A stretch of 41,956 bases of DNA from a virus. Below, in pieces: positions 1 through 8,924 of the stretch. Under the pieces are notes generated by a model. The model saw nothing but the letters and a program-made list of their open reading frames with translations. It made no database searches and was not told where the DNA came from. The DNA is taken from IMG/VR virus record IMGVR_UViG_3300045988_031856, one strand, 5' to 3'. Each line of letters opens with the position of its first letter. Within the stretch, counting starts at the first letter, position 1. Position numbers and translations under genes: made by a program.

Positions 1-119
1 AAGCGCAGGACGAGGCGGCGCAGGCTTACGATAAGGTCGAAAAGCTAAAATCCTCCCTTGCCGAGAGTGAGGCCAAAACCGCAATTAACGCCAACGCTGA
101 TCCGCAGACATGGATCGAA
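1..119. repeat. Terminal overlap, identical to 41838..41956 (circular closure or terminal redundancy)
   Basis: Direct comparison: aagcgcaggacgaggcggcgcaggcttacgataaggtcg...tggatcgaa occurs at both ends. Confidence 0.95.
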
Positions 120-2006
120 GAGACCCAGCGGCAGGCGGGAATCAAAGCGCAGCTTTCCGAACAGGAAAAGATTCTCGCGGCGAAAGAGAAAGCCGCACAG
201 CGGCTTGAAGTGCAGGACGCAAAAATCGTTGACAAACTGAAACAGCAGACAGCGGAGCTGGAAGAACAGAAAAAAAGAGCCGGGGAGCTGACGCAGACAA
301 TCACCGATGCGTCCAAAGGCGCTGACATCAAGGCTGCAATGGAGGGAGCGCAGCAGTCCATCAAAAGCGGCATGAAGAATCTGCTCAAATATGGCATCGG
401 CATCCGCTCGCTGTTTGTTCTTTTCCGAAAGCTCAAGCAATACACCATTGAAGCGGTTAAAGCTTATGCCGAGAACGACCCGGAGACGAAGAAAAGCATT
501 AACGAACTGAAAGCGTCTTTGCAGGGGCTAAAGGCGTCATGGGGTGCGGCGTTCGCTCCAATTCTTACTGCGGTCATCCCGGTATTGCAGACGCTCATTG
601 GCTGGATCACAAAGGCTGTGGACGCTATCGCGGCGTTCTTTGCGGCGCTTAGTGGGAAAAGCACATTCAAGCGGGCCATAACCAACACGGGAAAGTTGAG
701 CGACAATCTATCCTCCGGCGCTGGCGCTGCAAAGGAAATGAAAAAGCAGCTCATGGGCATTGATACGCTGACCATTGCGCAGGATTCGTCCTCCGGCGGC
801 GGCGGGGGCGGTTCCGGCAGCGGGATCAAGTACGAAGATGTAGCGATCAGTGACAAGATTAAGAACAACCTCGGGATTATCAAAAACCTGTTGGAGGGGA
901 TAGCAGCGCTTGCTATCGGGCTTGCGTTCGGGAAAACTGCCGCGAGCATTGCGCTGATTCTTTTCGGCACTCTGGATTTGATTGATGCTTTTAAAAATTT
1001 CATCAACACCGGAAGCCTTACGAAAGACATGTGCGTGGAGATGTCAACCGGCTTTCTTAAAATCGGTATCGGTCTTGCCCTTCTCACCGGATCATGGATA
1101 CCGCTTGCAATCGGAGCGTTCCTTGCTCTCGGTTCATTCCTGTCCGGGTGGTGGGACGACATCACCGCGTTTTTCGACAAGATCAGCGGCATAGTCAATG
1201 GGTGGTTCGACAATGCGCTGAAAACGCTTTCCGAAAAGGGCAACGTCCTTTCGCAAATATTCATTCTGCTTTACGGCGTCGTTCAGTATTCTTTTAACAA
1301 TATCGTCGGCGCTATTCGCACGGCATTGTCACTTATAAAGGCGATCTTTGAAACTCTGGCCGCTGTTGTATACGGTTTCGCCACAGGCGATTGGTCGGCG
1401 GCACTTGACAAGATCAAGAGCGCATGGATCGACGTCTGGGCTGAAATCAAACGCTGGGGCGCTTCACTTATCAACAGTATCCTTGGCACTGTGGAAGCGT
1501 TTGTAAACGGCGTTATTACGATGTTCAATAACCTCGTCGGGGCGTTCAGCAGCGTTTTGCAATTCTTCGGTGGCGGCGGCATAAAGTGGCGTGCAAGCTC
1601 TGTATCTATCCCGCGTCTCGCCAAGGGCGGCATCGTCAAGAAGGGCACTCCGTTTATTGCCGGTGAAGATGGCTCGGAGGCCGTCATTCCGCTTGAGCGG
1701 AACACGCAGTGGGTGTCGATGGTCGCGGACGGCATCGTTGACCGTATGACGGATAAGTTCGCCGGTTTGAGCATGAAAATGCCCGCCGTTGCTATGGGCG
1801 GTGTAGTTCCGCCTAATGCGTTTCCCTCCGGGTATGGGTATGGTATATCCCCAGAGCTGGAAAGTAAGCTTGACGCGCTTCTCGACCGTTTAACGTCGCG
1901 TGGCAACGAACAAATCAAACCGAGCGACGTTTACCTTGATAAGCGGAAGGTCGGTGAGATCATGTACACCTACACCGAGGAACGGAACAGGGGGCGCGGC
2001 AAATGA
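3..2006 (+). CDS. Tail tape measure protein, C-terminal part (N-terminus at 41690..41956 across the junction)
   Basis: The frame is open from base 3 and is in frame with the ATG at 41690 through the repeat. It has a coiled-coil Q/E/K-rich N-terminus, a G-rich linker (SSSGGGGGGSGSG) and multiple hydrophobic segments. It sits after the tail chaperones. Confidence 0.85.
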   Translation, partial: AQDEAAQAYDKVEKLKSSLAESEAKTAINANADPQTWIEETQRQAGIKAQLSEQEKILAAKEKAAQRLEVQDAKIVDKLKQQTAELEEQKKRAGELTQTITDASKGADIKAAMEGAQQSIKSGMKNLLKYGIGIRSLFVLFRKLKQYTIEAVKAYAENDPETKKSINELKASLQGLKASWGAAFAPILTAVIPVLQTLIGWITKAVDAIAAFFAALSGKSTFKRAITNTGKLSDNLSSGAGAAKEMKKQLMGIDTLTIAQDSSSGGGGGGSGSGIKYEDVAISDKIKNNLGIIKNLLEGIAALAIGLAFGKTAASIALILFGTLDLIDAFKNFINTGSLTKDMCVEMSTGFLKIGIGLALLTGSWIPLAIGAFLALGSFLSGWWDDITAFFDKISGIVNGWFDNALKTLSEKGNVLSQIFILLYGVVQYSFNNIVGAIRTALSLIKAIFETLAAVVYGFATGDWSAALDKIKSAWIDVWAEIKRWGASLINSILGTVEAFVNGVITMFNNLVGAFSSVLQFFGGGGIKWRASSVSIPRLAKGGIVKKGTPFIAGEDGSEAVIPLERNTQWVSMVADGIVDRMTDKFAGLSMKMPAVAMGGVVPPNAFPSGYGYGISPELESKLDALLDRLTSRGNEQIKPSDVYLDKRKVGEIMYTYTEERNRGRGK

Positions 2007-2368
2007 AACTGATCGTCAACGGCGTTGATATGCTTCCCTATCTTGACGGCGGCGGGTACACCGTGACCAGAGAGGACGGCGACAGCTCGGACGCGGGGCG
2101 CACGATGGATTACGTGATGCACCGGGCGAGGATCGCAACAAAATTCCGCATTGATGCAACGTTTAAGCCCCTGTACACCAAAGACGCCGAGATCGTTTTG
2201 CCAGCGCTTATGCCGGAGTACGTCGAAGTAACATACACAAACCCGTGGTTAAAGGGGACGCAAGTCACGACGATGTACAACAGCACAGGAAAAGCCACGG
2301 TCGATACATCTTTCGGTGATGGGAAAGAACGCTGGAACATTGATGCGCTCGCCCTTGTGGAGAGATAG
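2003..2368 (+). CDS. Small tail protein in the distal-tail position
   Basis: ATGA overlap with the TMP stop; 121 aa. The call is based on position only. Confidence 0.5.
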   Translation: MKLIVNGVDMLPYLDGGGYTVTREDGDSSDAGRTMDYVMHRARIATKFRIDATFKPLYTKDAEIVLPALMPEYVEVTYTNPWLKGTQVTTMYNSTGKATVDTSFGDGKERWNIDALALVER

Positions 2369-2370
2369 CC

Positions 2371-3141
2371 ATGCAGAACACAAGCGCAACATACAAGGAA
2401 ATCGTCGCCGGTACGCATTGGTTCGAGACCAAACTCGTCATCGGCGACGAGTTTTATTTAATCGATGAGCACGCCGATTATATCACGTTCGGCGGGACAA
2501 GGATTTACTACGATTCCGATTCCGGCGGCTATGGCGGGAACATGCTCAAAGAGATCAAGACCACGCAGCACCTTTTCACGGACGACAAGCCGATGGTCGG
2601 GTGCTGTGTAGCGGCGGAAATTGACGTGACGATGGTAAAGCCGACGGCGACGATCAAGAGAATGTCCTCCATCAAGCCGTTTATCCGCGCGGTGAATGAA
2701 ACAAAGACAAGCGAGTGGATACCGAAAGGTATCTTTTACATCGACACGCGCTCCGACGGTGAGAGTACCGATGAGATCGTTTTCCACGGGTATGACGCGA
2801 TGTTAAAGGCCGAGAACGATTTTCCTGTGAATGGGAACATCGGCGAATGGCCCAAAACGGACATTGACGTTGTAAGCCTTATTGCTGGGCATATGGGTGT
2901 GGAGGTCGATACACGCACGTTTGATATCATGCAGCGTGGGTATCCGGTGCAGTATCCCGGAGGATACGCCATGAGGGAAATCCTTGGATACATCGCGGCG
3001 ATGTACGCGGGAAATTTCATCATGTCAGACGATGGAAAGCTCCGTCTTGTCCGGCTGAATGAGATCGGCATCGAGACACACTATCTCGTGGATACCGCCG
3101 GGTATGTCCTCACTTTCGGAGGTGACAGGATTCTTGTCTGA
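2371..3141 (+). CDS. Tail-associated protein (Tal / prophage-tail N-terminal-like)
   Basis: 256 aa, tightly packed after the previous gene. The motif REILGYIAAMYAGNFIMSDDGKLRLV resembles Firmicute phage tail-tip proteins, as recalled from memory. Confidence 0.6.
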   Translation: MQNTSATYKEIVAGTHWFETKLVIGDEFYLIDEHADYITFGGTRIYYDSDSGGYGGNMLKEIKTTQHLFTDDKPMVGCCVAAEIDVTMVKPTATIKRMSSIKPFIRAVNETKTSEWIPKGIFYIDTRSDGESTDEIVFHGYDAMLKAENDFPVNGNIGEWPKTDIDVVSLIAGHMGVEVDTRTFDIMQRGYPVQYPGGYAMREILGYIAAMYAGNFIMSDDGKLRLVRLNEIGIETHYLVDTAGYVLTFGGDRILV

Positions 3142-4303
3142 ATCGGTTTTTATCGGAAGAAGCGCAAAGGGATACACTTCAACGCCGGAGCTGCCGAAAT
3201 ACACCAAAGTCCGTATTAACGTTGACGATGATTCCTTCTATGAGGCCGGGAGTGGGGATAATGTCTTAGAGCTTGACTGCCCGTGTGGTTCTCAACAGAT
3301 GGCGAATGACATTTTAGAGAGCATCGGTGAGTTTGTCTATCGACCGTATGACACGGAATGGGCGAAGCTCGACCCTGCGGCAGAGCTTGGCGACGGCGTT
3401 ACCATCAATGGTGTTTTCTCCGGCATCTATGTTAATGAGACCAATTTCTCAACACTGATGGCGGCGCGTATCGCCGCACCGCAGGAGAACGCGGTTGACC
3501 ATGAGTACCCTTACAAATCACCGACCGACCGGAAGACCACCCGGCAGTTTGCCGAGACGCGGGCAAGCCTTAGAGTTAATGCCGCGAGCATTCAGGCGGA
3601 GGTCACGGCCAGAGAAACGAGCGAAGCGGAAATGCGTGCGGCTTTGGAACTACACGCGCAGGAGATCGCCGCTAGGGTGACACAGACCGGCGGCAATTCC
3701 TCTTCCTTTGGTTGGTCGCTGACGGCGGACGGGTTTGTTCTGGAAAGCTCCGGGCAGGAAGTGTTCAGGGCGACAAAAGACGGCGTAGACATCACCGGCA
3801 AGATAACGGCAACATCCGGGTTCATCGGCAGCAAGGACAGCGGGTTTACCATTACACAGAACGCCATATATAACAAGCTGTCGGAGCTGTACGGGACGGT
3901 GGACGGCGTGTACGTCGGCACGGACGGCATCGCTCTCGGCGGCGGTAAATTCCGCGTAAACAGCCATGGGCAACTATACGCTACGGACGGAACGTTCACC
4001 GGGAATGTGTTTGCAAATCGCATTCAAACCGGCACGCAAAATGGAGAGTATGCTGGATACATATCCGGCGGGCAGATAGGCGGCGGAACAATAACCTCTG
4101 CCAACACAAATAGTTGGATAAATACTGGTCTTGCCAACGCATACGACTTTGCGGAATTTATAACGGGAAACTTAGGAGCGTCATACGCCACTATAAATAA
4201 TCTGAAAACTGGGCTGACCTTCAAATTTAAAGATTATTTCGTTGCGTGGAAATATGCAAAACTTGGAGATGGCACATATGCGTGGATATTAGCGAGGAGT
4301 TAA
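3134..4303 (+). CDS. Tail tip or fibre-anchoring protein with a central coiled coil
   Basis: The ORF frame is open from 3059. The most likely start is the TTG at 3134, 11 nt after GGAGG (3118-3122); a GTG at 3122 is an alternative. It has a coiled-coil segment (SLRVNAASIQAEVTARETSEAEMRAALELHAQEIAARV) and a G/T-rich C-terminus. Confidence 0.6.
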   Translation: MSESVFIGRSAKGYTSTPELPKYTKVRINVDDDSFYEAGSGDNVLELDCPCGSQQMANDILESIGEFVYRPYDTEWAKLDPAAELGDGVTINGVFSGIYVNETNFSTLMAARIAAPQENAVDHEYPYKSPTDRKTTRQFAETRASLRVNAASIQAEVTARETSEAEMRAALELHAQEIAARVTQTGGNSSSFGWSLTADGFVLESSGQEVFRATKDGVDITGKITATSGFIGSKDSGFTITQNAIYNKLSELYGTVDGVYVGTDGIALGGGKFRVNSHGQLYATDGTFTGNVFANRIQTGTQNGEYAGYISGGQIGGGTITSANTNSWINTGLANAYDFAEFITGNLGASYATINNLKTGLTFKFKDYFVAWKYAKLGDGTYAWILARS

Positions 4304-4305
4304 AA

Positions 4306-4569
4306 ATGATTTTTGCAAATGACAGAGCGTTTAATTGTTCTTTTTTCGGCGTAAGCACTGCCGGGAACATGCATATTGTTATAACCGGCGCATCTGTTAT
4401 GGAGATTGCAGATTTCTTCTCTAAGAAAAGCAATCTCGAAACAATACAATACGATAATAATGGAGAAATTTACGAATATACCGGGTTTGTCAAACTTTTG
4501 GGAATAGCAATACAGGACGATGGTATACGCGTAACTCTTCGTCGGCTTTTCGCCGGGGAGGAAGAATGA
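4306..4569 (+). CDS. Hypothetical protein (tail module)
   Basis: ATG at 4306 follows GAGGAG. The long ORF start at 4246 overlaps the previous gene. Confidence 0.5.
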   Translation: MIFANDRAFNCSFFGVSTAGNMHIVITGASVMEIADFFSKKSNLETIQYDNNGEIYEYTGFVKLLGIAIQDDGIRVTLRRLFAGEEE

Positions 4570-4697
4570 ACGAGCTTAACAAAATCAAGGAGCTTCTCGG
4601 CACTCTCCGCGTCGATGGATGGGAGAATTTCGAGAAGCTCGTTTACATCAAGCTGCTTATTGAGAAATTGATGGCGGCGGAAACGAAGGAGGGCTAA
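4566..4697 (+). CDS. Small hypothetical protein, 43 aa
   Basis: ATGA overlap with the previous stop. Translation: MNELNKIKELLGTLRVDGWENFEKLVYIKLLIEKLMAAETKEG. It fills an otherwise empty gap. Confidence 0.4.
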   Translation: MNELNKIKELLGTLRVDGWENFEKLVYIKLLIEKLMAAETKEG

Positions 4698-4700
4698 TCC

Positions 4701-5873
4701 TTGGCGGACAAAACAGTAGGCGAGCTTCCGAGAGCATCAACCGTAACAACGACAGACCTGTTTGTTATGGAACAGGCAGGACAGGCAAAGTCCCTGACCG
4801 GACAGGTGCTTATCAATGACCTTGCAACGGCTCTTGACGGTCATGGCGGCATTAAGAGCATTACCCTAAACGATGACTATACCCTGACGTTTATCATGGC
4901 TGACGATACGGAGGTAAAGACGACCTCGGTACGCGGCGCGACCGGCGCAAAGGGAGACAAGGGAACGGATGGTCGGGCAATTACGAGCGTTGTGAAAATC
5001 AGCACGTCCGGCCTTGTGGACACTTACAAAATCTCGTTCTCGGACAACACAAGCACCAACTTTACCGTGACAAACGGCTCATCCATCAAGAGCATTGCCA
5101 AAACCGGAACGAGCGGCTTGACGGATACCTACACCGTTACGCTCACGGACGGAACGACCTCCACGTTCAACGTAAAGAACGGCAACGGTATTGCGTCCAT
5201 CACGCTGCAAAGCGGCACACACGCCGCCGGTACGACGGACACATACAAAATCACGTTCGACAATGGGGAGTTTACCACATTCTCCGTCTATAACGGCATG
5301 AACGGCTCCGGCTCTGTCGTGTCAGTGAACATGAAATCGCCGGACGCCTCCGGCAATGTGACGTTAACCGGCGACGATATTCATGTGAGCGCAGACGATG
5401 AAACCACGATTCCGGATGCGATCGAAGCGAAACAGGCGGCGACAAAAGATCTTGCCGCAGAAGCGACGCTTGCGGACGGAGACTTTTTCCCATTCTACGA
5501 TGTTTCCGTATCGCTGAATCGGAAAACCCCTTGGTCTAACATCGTGTCAAAAATCCGCGCGGCCTTTAAGACCACGGCGCTGCCCGTCGATTCCGGCGGC
5601 ACGGGGGCCGCAGACGCAGCAACGGCGCGGGCGAATCTTGGAGCGCTGTCCAACGCCAACGGCGCGGTAGGCACGGCGAATCTCGGCGGCAAGGTCGTTA
5701 CGGCGGATAAGATTGCAGACAAGACGGTCGGCGCGGGTCAGCTCGCCGACGACATCCCCTACACCAAGTTCGGTCTTGTAGCCGATCAGGTGCGGCATGT
5801 TTACGCCGGAACGACGGAGCCGGGCGCAGAGCTCGGCAGCGACGGGGATATTTATCTCATGTATTCGGAGTGA
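4701..5873 (+). CDS. Tail fibre protein with a collagen-like segment and three tandem beta-repeats
   Basis: TTG start after AAGGAGGG. It has G-X-Y triplets (GATGAKGDKGTDG) and three ~38-aa repeats (…TSGLxDTYKISF/TVTL…FxVxNG). The C-terminal motif LPVDSGGTGAADAATARANLGA is typical of phage fibres. Confidence 0.75.
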   Translation: MADKTVGELPRASTVTTTDLFVMEQAGQAKSLTGQVLINDLATALDGHGGIKSITLNDDYTLTFIMADDTEVKTTSVRGATGAKGDKGTDGRAITSVVKISTSGLVDTYKISFSDNTSTNFTVTNGSSIKSIAKTGTSGLTDTYTVTLTDGTTSTFNVKNGNGIASITLQSGTHAAGTTDTYKITFDNGEFTTFSVYNGMNGSGSVVSVNMKSPDASGNVTLTGDDIHVSADDETTIPDAIEAKQAATKDLAAEATLADGDFFPFYDVSVSLNRKTPWSNIVSKIRAAFKTTALPVDSGGTGAADAATARANLGALSNANGAVGTANLGGKVVTADKIADKTVGAGQLADDIPYTKFGLVADQVRHVYAGTTEPGAELGSDGDIYLMYSE

Positions 5874-5882
5874 GGTGCGGGT

Positions 5883-6386
5883 ATGGCATGGTCGCAGACC
5901 GCTCCGACGCTGCCCAGTGGCAGCGCGTGGGAGCAGGAAAAGAGCGTTTTCGGAAGGGCGAACCATTGGAGCCTTTCCGGAAAGCTGTACATTGCTCGAC
6001 TGAACGGCAGACAGTTCGCGGTTAAAGCAGAGCTTACGAGCGACAACGGCAGCTACGGGACTTATTACCCTCCGAGCAAGTGGACGCTACGATGCGATAT
6101 CGGCGGCGTCAGCGGCACGGAAGACACGTCCTTCGACGTATCAAAAGGAACGACAACATTCTATTTCGTAGGTGATGCTGGCGAGGGCGTAAATATCACC
6201 GCAAAGGTCGGCGGCGTTGGCGCCGCGGTCGCCGTTCAAACCGCAACATTCACCGCCCCCGCGCTGCTCGGCTCGACGATTTATTTTAAGGTCTCCGGCG
6301 TGTGGAAGCAGGCGACGCTGTACCGCAAGGGCGGCACTTGGAAAAATGCGCTGGCAGAATTCAAAGCAGGAGGTATATGGAAATGA
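5883..6386 (+). CDS. Hypothetical protein, possible fibre or receptor-binding accessory
   Basis: 167 aa, between the fibre and the endolysin. No motif recognised. Confidence 0.5.
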   Translation: MAWSQTAPTLPSGSAWEQEKSVFGRANHWSLSGKLYIARLNGRQFAVKAELTSDNGSYGTYYPPSKWTLRCDIGGVSGTEDTSFDVSKGTTTFYFVGDAGEGVNITAKVGGVGAAVAVQTATFTAPALLGSTIYFKVSGVWKQATLYRKGGTWKNALAEFKAGGIWK

Positions 6387-7138
6387 ACGGTATTGACGTT
6401 TCCGAGCATCAGGGCGATTTCGATTTCACGCCGTACAAGGATGGCTTTGTCATCATCCGCGGCGGCTACGGCATCCGAAATGCCGACAAATGGGCGGAGC
6501 GCAACATCGCCAAATGCGACGCGCTCGGTATCCCGTGGGGCATCTACTGGTACAGCTATGCGCTGAATGTGCAGACGGCTAAATTGGAGGCGGAGCGGTG
6601 TCTTCGCTTCCTCAATGGCCGGAAACCCCGGCTCGGCGTGTGGTTCGATATGGAGGACGCGGACGGGTACAAGCAGACGAACGGCTTCCCGTCTAACGAG
6701 ACGATCACCGCGATGTGCAAGACGTTCTGCGCGGCTATGGAAGAGGCCGGGAACAGGACCGGCGTGTACGCCAGCTTGAGCTGGTTTGATACGCACATCG
6801 GCGAGACGGGGTACGACCGCTGGATCGCCGCGTGGGGCGCGAACGACGGCGTGCATTATCCCGACCTCTCCGGGCAGTGCGTCATGCAGCAGTACCGGGG
6901 CAGCCCGCTGGATCTGGATATTTTGTATGTGCCGCTTTCGTATTTTGACGATGGCGCGGCGGGCGGAGCAGAGCCCCGCCCCTACGAAAAGGACGGGGAA
7001 TGCGTAAGCGTCTCGGCGATGGCGCAGGAGGTGCTTGACGGGAAGTGGGGCAACGGCGAGGAGCGAAAGCAGAAGCTCGGCGCGTGGTTTTACGATCTCG
7101 TGCAGGGCGAAGTAAACCATATCCTCGGAGTAAAGTAG
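6377..7138 (+). CDS. Endolysin: GH25 muramidase with a C-terminal CW_7 (Cpl-7-like) wall-binding motif
   Basis: ATG at 6377 follows AGGAGG. The N-terminus NGIDVSEHQGDFDF…GIYWYSYA…WFDMED is typical of GH25. The C-terminus VLDGKWGNGEERKQKLGAWFYDLVQGEVNHIL matches the CW_7 repeat pattern. Confidence 0.9.
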   Translation: MEMNGIDVSEHQGDFDFTPYKDGFVIIRGGYGIRNADKWAERNIAKCDALGIPWGIYWYSYALNVQTAKLEAERCLRFLNGRKPRLGVWFDMEDADGYKQTNGFPSNETITAMCKTFCAAMEEAGNRTGVYASLSWFDTHIGETGYDRWIAAWGANDGVHYPDLSGQCVMQQYRGSPLDLDILYVPLSYFDDGAAGGAEPRPYEKDGECVSVSAMAQEVLDGKWGNGEERKQKLGAWFYDLVQGEVNHILGVK

Positions 7139-7147
7139 GAGAAGAAA

Positions 7148-7534
7148 ATGGAAATCATAAAGACAATCATCACCGCGTGCGGCGGGGCTGCCGTTGCTGG
7201 CATCTTCTCGCTGATCCTCGCCAACCGTAAGAACAAAAGCGAGATCGTGAAGCGTTTGGATGCATTAGACGGTAAGCTCGTAAAGCACATCGAGGACGAC
7301 GCTGCGTGCCGCGCGGACGAGGCGCGAAGCCGCATCCTCCGCTTCGGCGATGAGGTGCGGCAGGGCGTATTACACACCGCCGAGCATTGGGCGGACGTTC
7401 TTCGGGACGTTGATCGATACGAGGACTACTGCTCCGGCCACCCGCTGTATGAGAACAACCGCGCCGCAAACACCATCCAGCATCTTAATTGCGTCTACGC
7501 GGGCCATCTAAAGAAAAACGATTTTTTGAAGTAA
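7148..7534 (+). CDS. Membrane-anchored protein of unknown function within the lysis cassette
   Basis: One N-terminal TM segment (IITACGGAAVAGIFSLILA) followed by a ~100-aa soluble domain. It lies between the endolysin and the holin. Confidence 0.6.
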   Translation: MEIIKTIITACGGAAVAGIFSLILANRKNKSEIVKRLDALDGKLVKHIEDDAACRADEARSRILRFGDEVRQGVLHTAEHWADVLRDVDRYEDYCSGHPLYENNRAANTIQHLNCVYAGHLKKNDFLK

Positions 7535-7546
7535 GGAGAATTTGCA

Positions 7547-7867
7547 ATGAACGAAATCATCACTACCTACGGCATGGAAATCATCAAGTACATCATCCTC
7601 GCCATCTGCGGCATTGCCGCGTCTTACGCCGCGAAGCTGTACGAAAAGTATGTCAACACCGATACCAAGCGCAAGGTAGCGGCAACTACCGTTGCGTACA
7701 TTGAACAGGTGTATAAGGATGTCCACGGCGACGAGAAGCTGTCCCGCGCCATGGCTGTCGCTGCCTCCATGCTCGAACAGAAGGGCATAAAAACCACGGA
7801 GGACGAGCTTAAGGTGCTGCTTGAGGCCGCCGTTAAGGAAATGAACGATAAGTTCAAAGCCACCTGA
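7547..7867 (+). CDS. Holin, LL-H family-like
   Basis: 106 aa with an N-terminal TM (IIKYIILAICGIAASYAA). The remainder (VAYIEQVYKDVHGDEKLSRAMAVAASMLEQKGI) matches the Holin_LLH pattern as recalled. Confidence 0.7.
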   Translation: MNEIITTYGMEIIKYIILAICGIAASYAAKLYEKYVNTDTKRKVAATTVAYIEQVYKDVHGDEKLSRAMAVAASMLEQKGIKTTEDELKVLLEAAVKEMNDKFKAT

Positions 7868-8004
7868 CGGCAACAAAAAATTTGTAAACCGACACTGCGG
7901 AATCATGAAAGAATCCGTAAAAACATTCTGCCGCATCAATGGCGTCGAGGCGTCTGAAAGCCTCGCAGAGACACTTTTTGAAGCATACATGGAGAGTGTA
8001 GCCA

Positions 8005-8268
8005 ATGACGACAGAGAGCATCCTACGGAGTTTAACAACGCCGGGGACAAAGAATAAGCTGCAATTCCCGCGCGAGCTGCGCGAACAGTTTGAGCGGGAC
8101 TGCGGCTTTACCGATGAGGAATTAAAAATCTTCCGCCTGCGGGCAAAGGGCATGAGCGTGTTGCAAATTTCTTTCGCCATGCAGACGGACACGGAACTAT
8201 ACGGCACAGAAAAGGTAGAGCGCCGTATACGGGCGATAAAGGACAAGATCGCCGCTGCAATCGAATGA
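8005..8268 (+). CDS. Small HTH regulator (sigma-70 region 4 / LuxR-like)
   Basis: FTDEELKIFRLRAKGMSVLQISFAMQ is a typical region-4-type HTH. GGAGAG lies 8 nt upstream of the ATG. Confidence 0.65.
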   Translation: MTTESILRSLTTPGTKNKLQFPRELREQFERDCGFTDEELKIFRLRAKGMSVLQISFAMQTDTELYGTEKVERRIRAIKDKIAAAIE

Positions 8269-8288
8269 TGGGTTTTTAACGGATTATT

Positions 8289-8321
8289 GAGGGCTAACCG
8301 ACGGGTTAGCCCTCTTTTTTT
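8289..8321 (+). terminator. Rho-independent terminator
   Basis: gagggctaacc-gacg-ggttagccctc followed by ttttttt. Confidence 0.85.
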
Positions 8322-8354
8322 ATGCGACAATGGGGGCAGAAAGGACGTGAAGCA

Positions 8355-8708
8355 ATGGAAAACTACTACCAACAGCCACAGCAGTTTTACGGCGGATACC
8401 AGAGACCGCAGCCCATGCAGCAGATTGCTCCCGGATACGTCTGTAAGCCGGTCACTAGCCGCGAAGAGGCTATTGCCACGAGCACGGACTACTTTTCTCT
8501 CGGCGTCGTTATGCCGGACATCGGGCACAGCATGATCTACCTGAAACGCTTTAATCAGCAGACGGGGGCTTCCGACTTCTTTGATTTCAAGCTCTTTACC
8601 CCGGAACAAACTCCGACTGTAGAGTACGCGACGAAAGCCGACCTTGACGCTCTGCGGGCGGAGCTGACAGCGAAAAAGCGCCGGAGGGTAGAAGACGATG
8701 ATGAATAA
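8355..8708 (+). CDS. Accessory cassette protein A (Q/P/Y-rich N-terminus, acidic/basic tail)
   Basis: ATG at 8355 (MENYYQQPQQFYGGYQRPQPMQQ…). The C-terminus is AELTAKKRRRVEDDDE. No family recognised. Confidence 0.6.
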   Translation: MENYYQQPQQFYGGYQRPQPMQQIAPGYVCKPVTSREEAIATSTDYFSLGVVMPDIGHSMIYLKRFNQQTGASDFFDFKLFTPEQTPTVEYATKADLDALRAELTAKKRRRVEDDDE

Positions 8709-8919
8709 TCCGCTTTTCAATTTGATAAGCCTCGCCCGTACCGGCGGAAACCCGATGATGCTAATACAGCAGATGGCGGGACGTGATCCGCGAGCGCAAC
8801 AGGCGTTAAAGATGGTTGAGGGCAAGACGCCCGACCAGCTCAGGCAGATGGCGGAGAACATGGCGAAGGAACGCGGAACGACCGTGGACGAAATCGCCAA
8901 AGGTCTTGGGCTTAAATAA
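8698..8919 (+). CDS. Accessory cassette protein B, small helical protein
   Basis: GGAGGG lies 9 nt upstream of the ATG; 73 aa. It overlaps protein A by 11 nt. Confidence 0.6.
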   Translation: MMNNPLFNLISLARTGGNPMMLIQQMAGRDPRAQQALKMVEGKTPDQLRQMAENMAKERGTTVDEIAKGLGLK

Positions 8920-8924
8920 ACATT

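Noticed and set aside
7905-8057. 50-aa plus-strand ORF upstream of, and overlapping, the HTH gene (a possible acr-aca-like pair)
   Set aside because: The SD is weak, the ORF overlaps the HTH gene by 53 nt in another frame, and no support exists beyond an open frame. It is not reported as a gene.
8289-8354. Dedicated promoter for the five-gene cassette
   Set aside because: No acceptable -35/-10 pair was found in the 33 nt between the terminator and the gene A start, nor overlapping the terminator. The source of expression is left open.
7854-8900. 348-aa minus-strand ORF. Similar long antisense ORFs lie at 464-1264, 1283-1918, 6281-7120, 9890-10501, 32229-33488, 35482-36273, 37258-38526 and 40178-41122.
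   Set aside because: All lie antisense to well-supported plus-strand phage genes. They have R/S/P/A-rich junk-like composition and no RBS, which is typical of shadow ORFs in GC-rich coding DNA.
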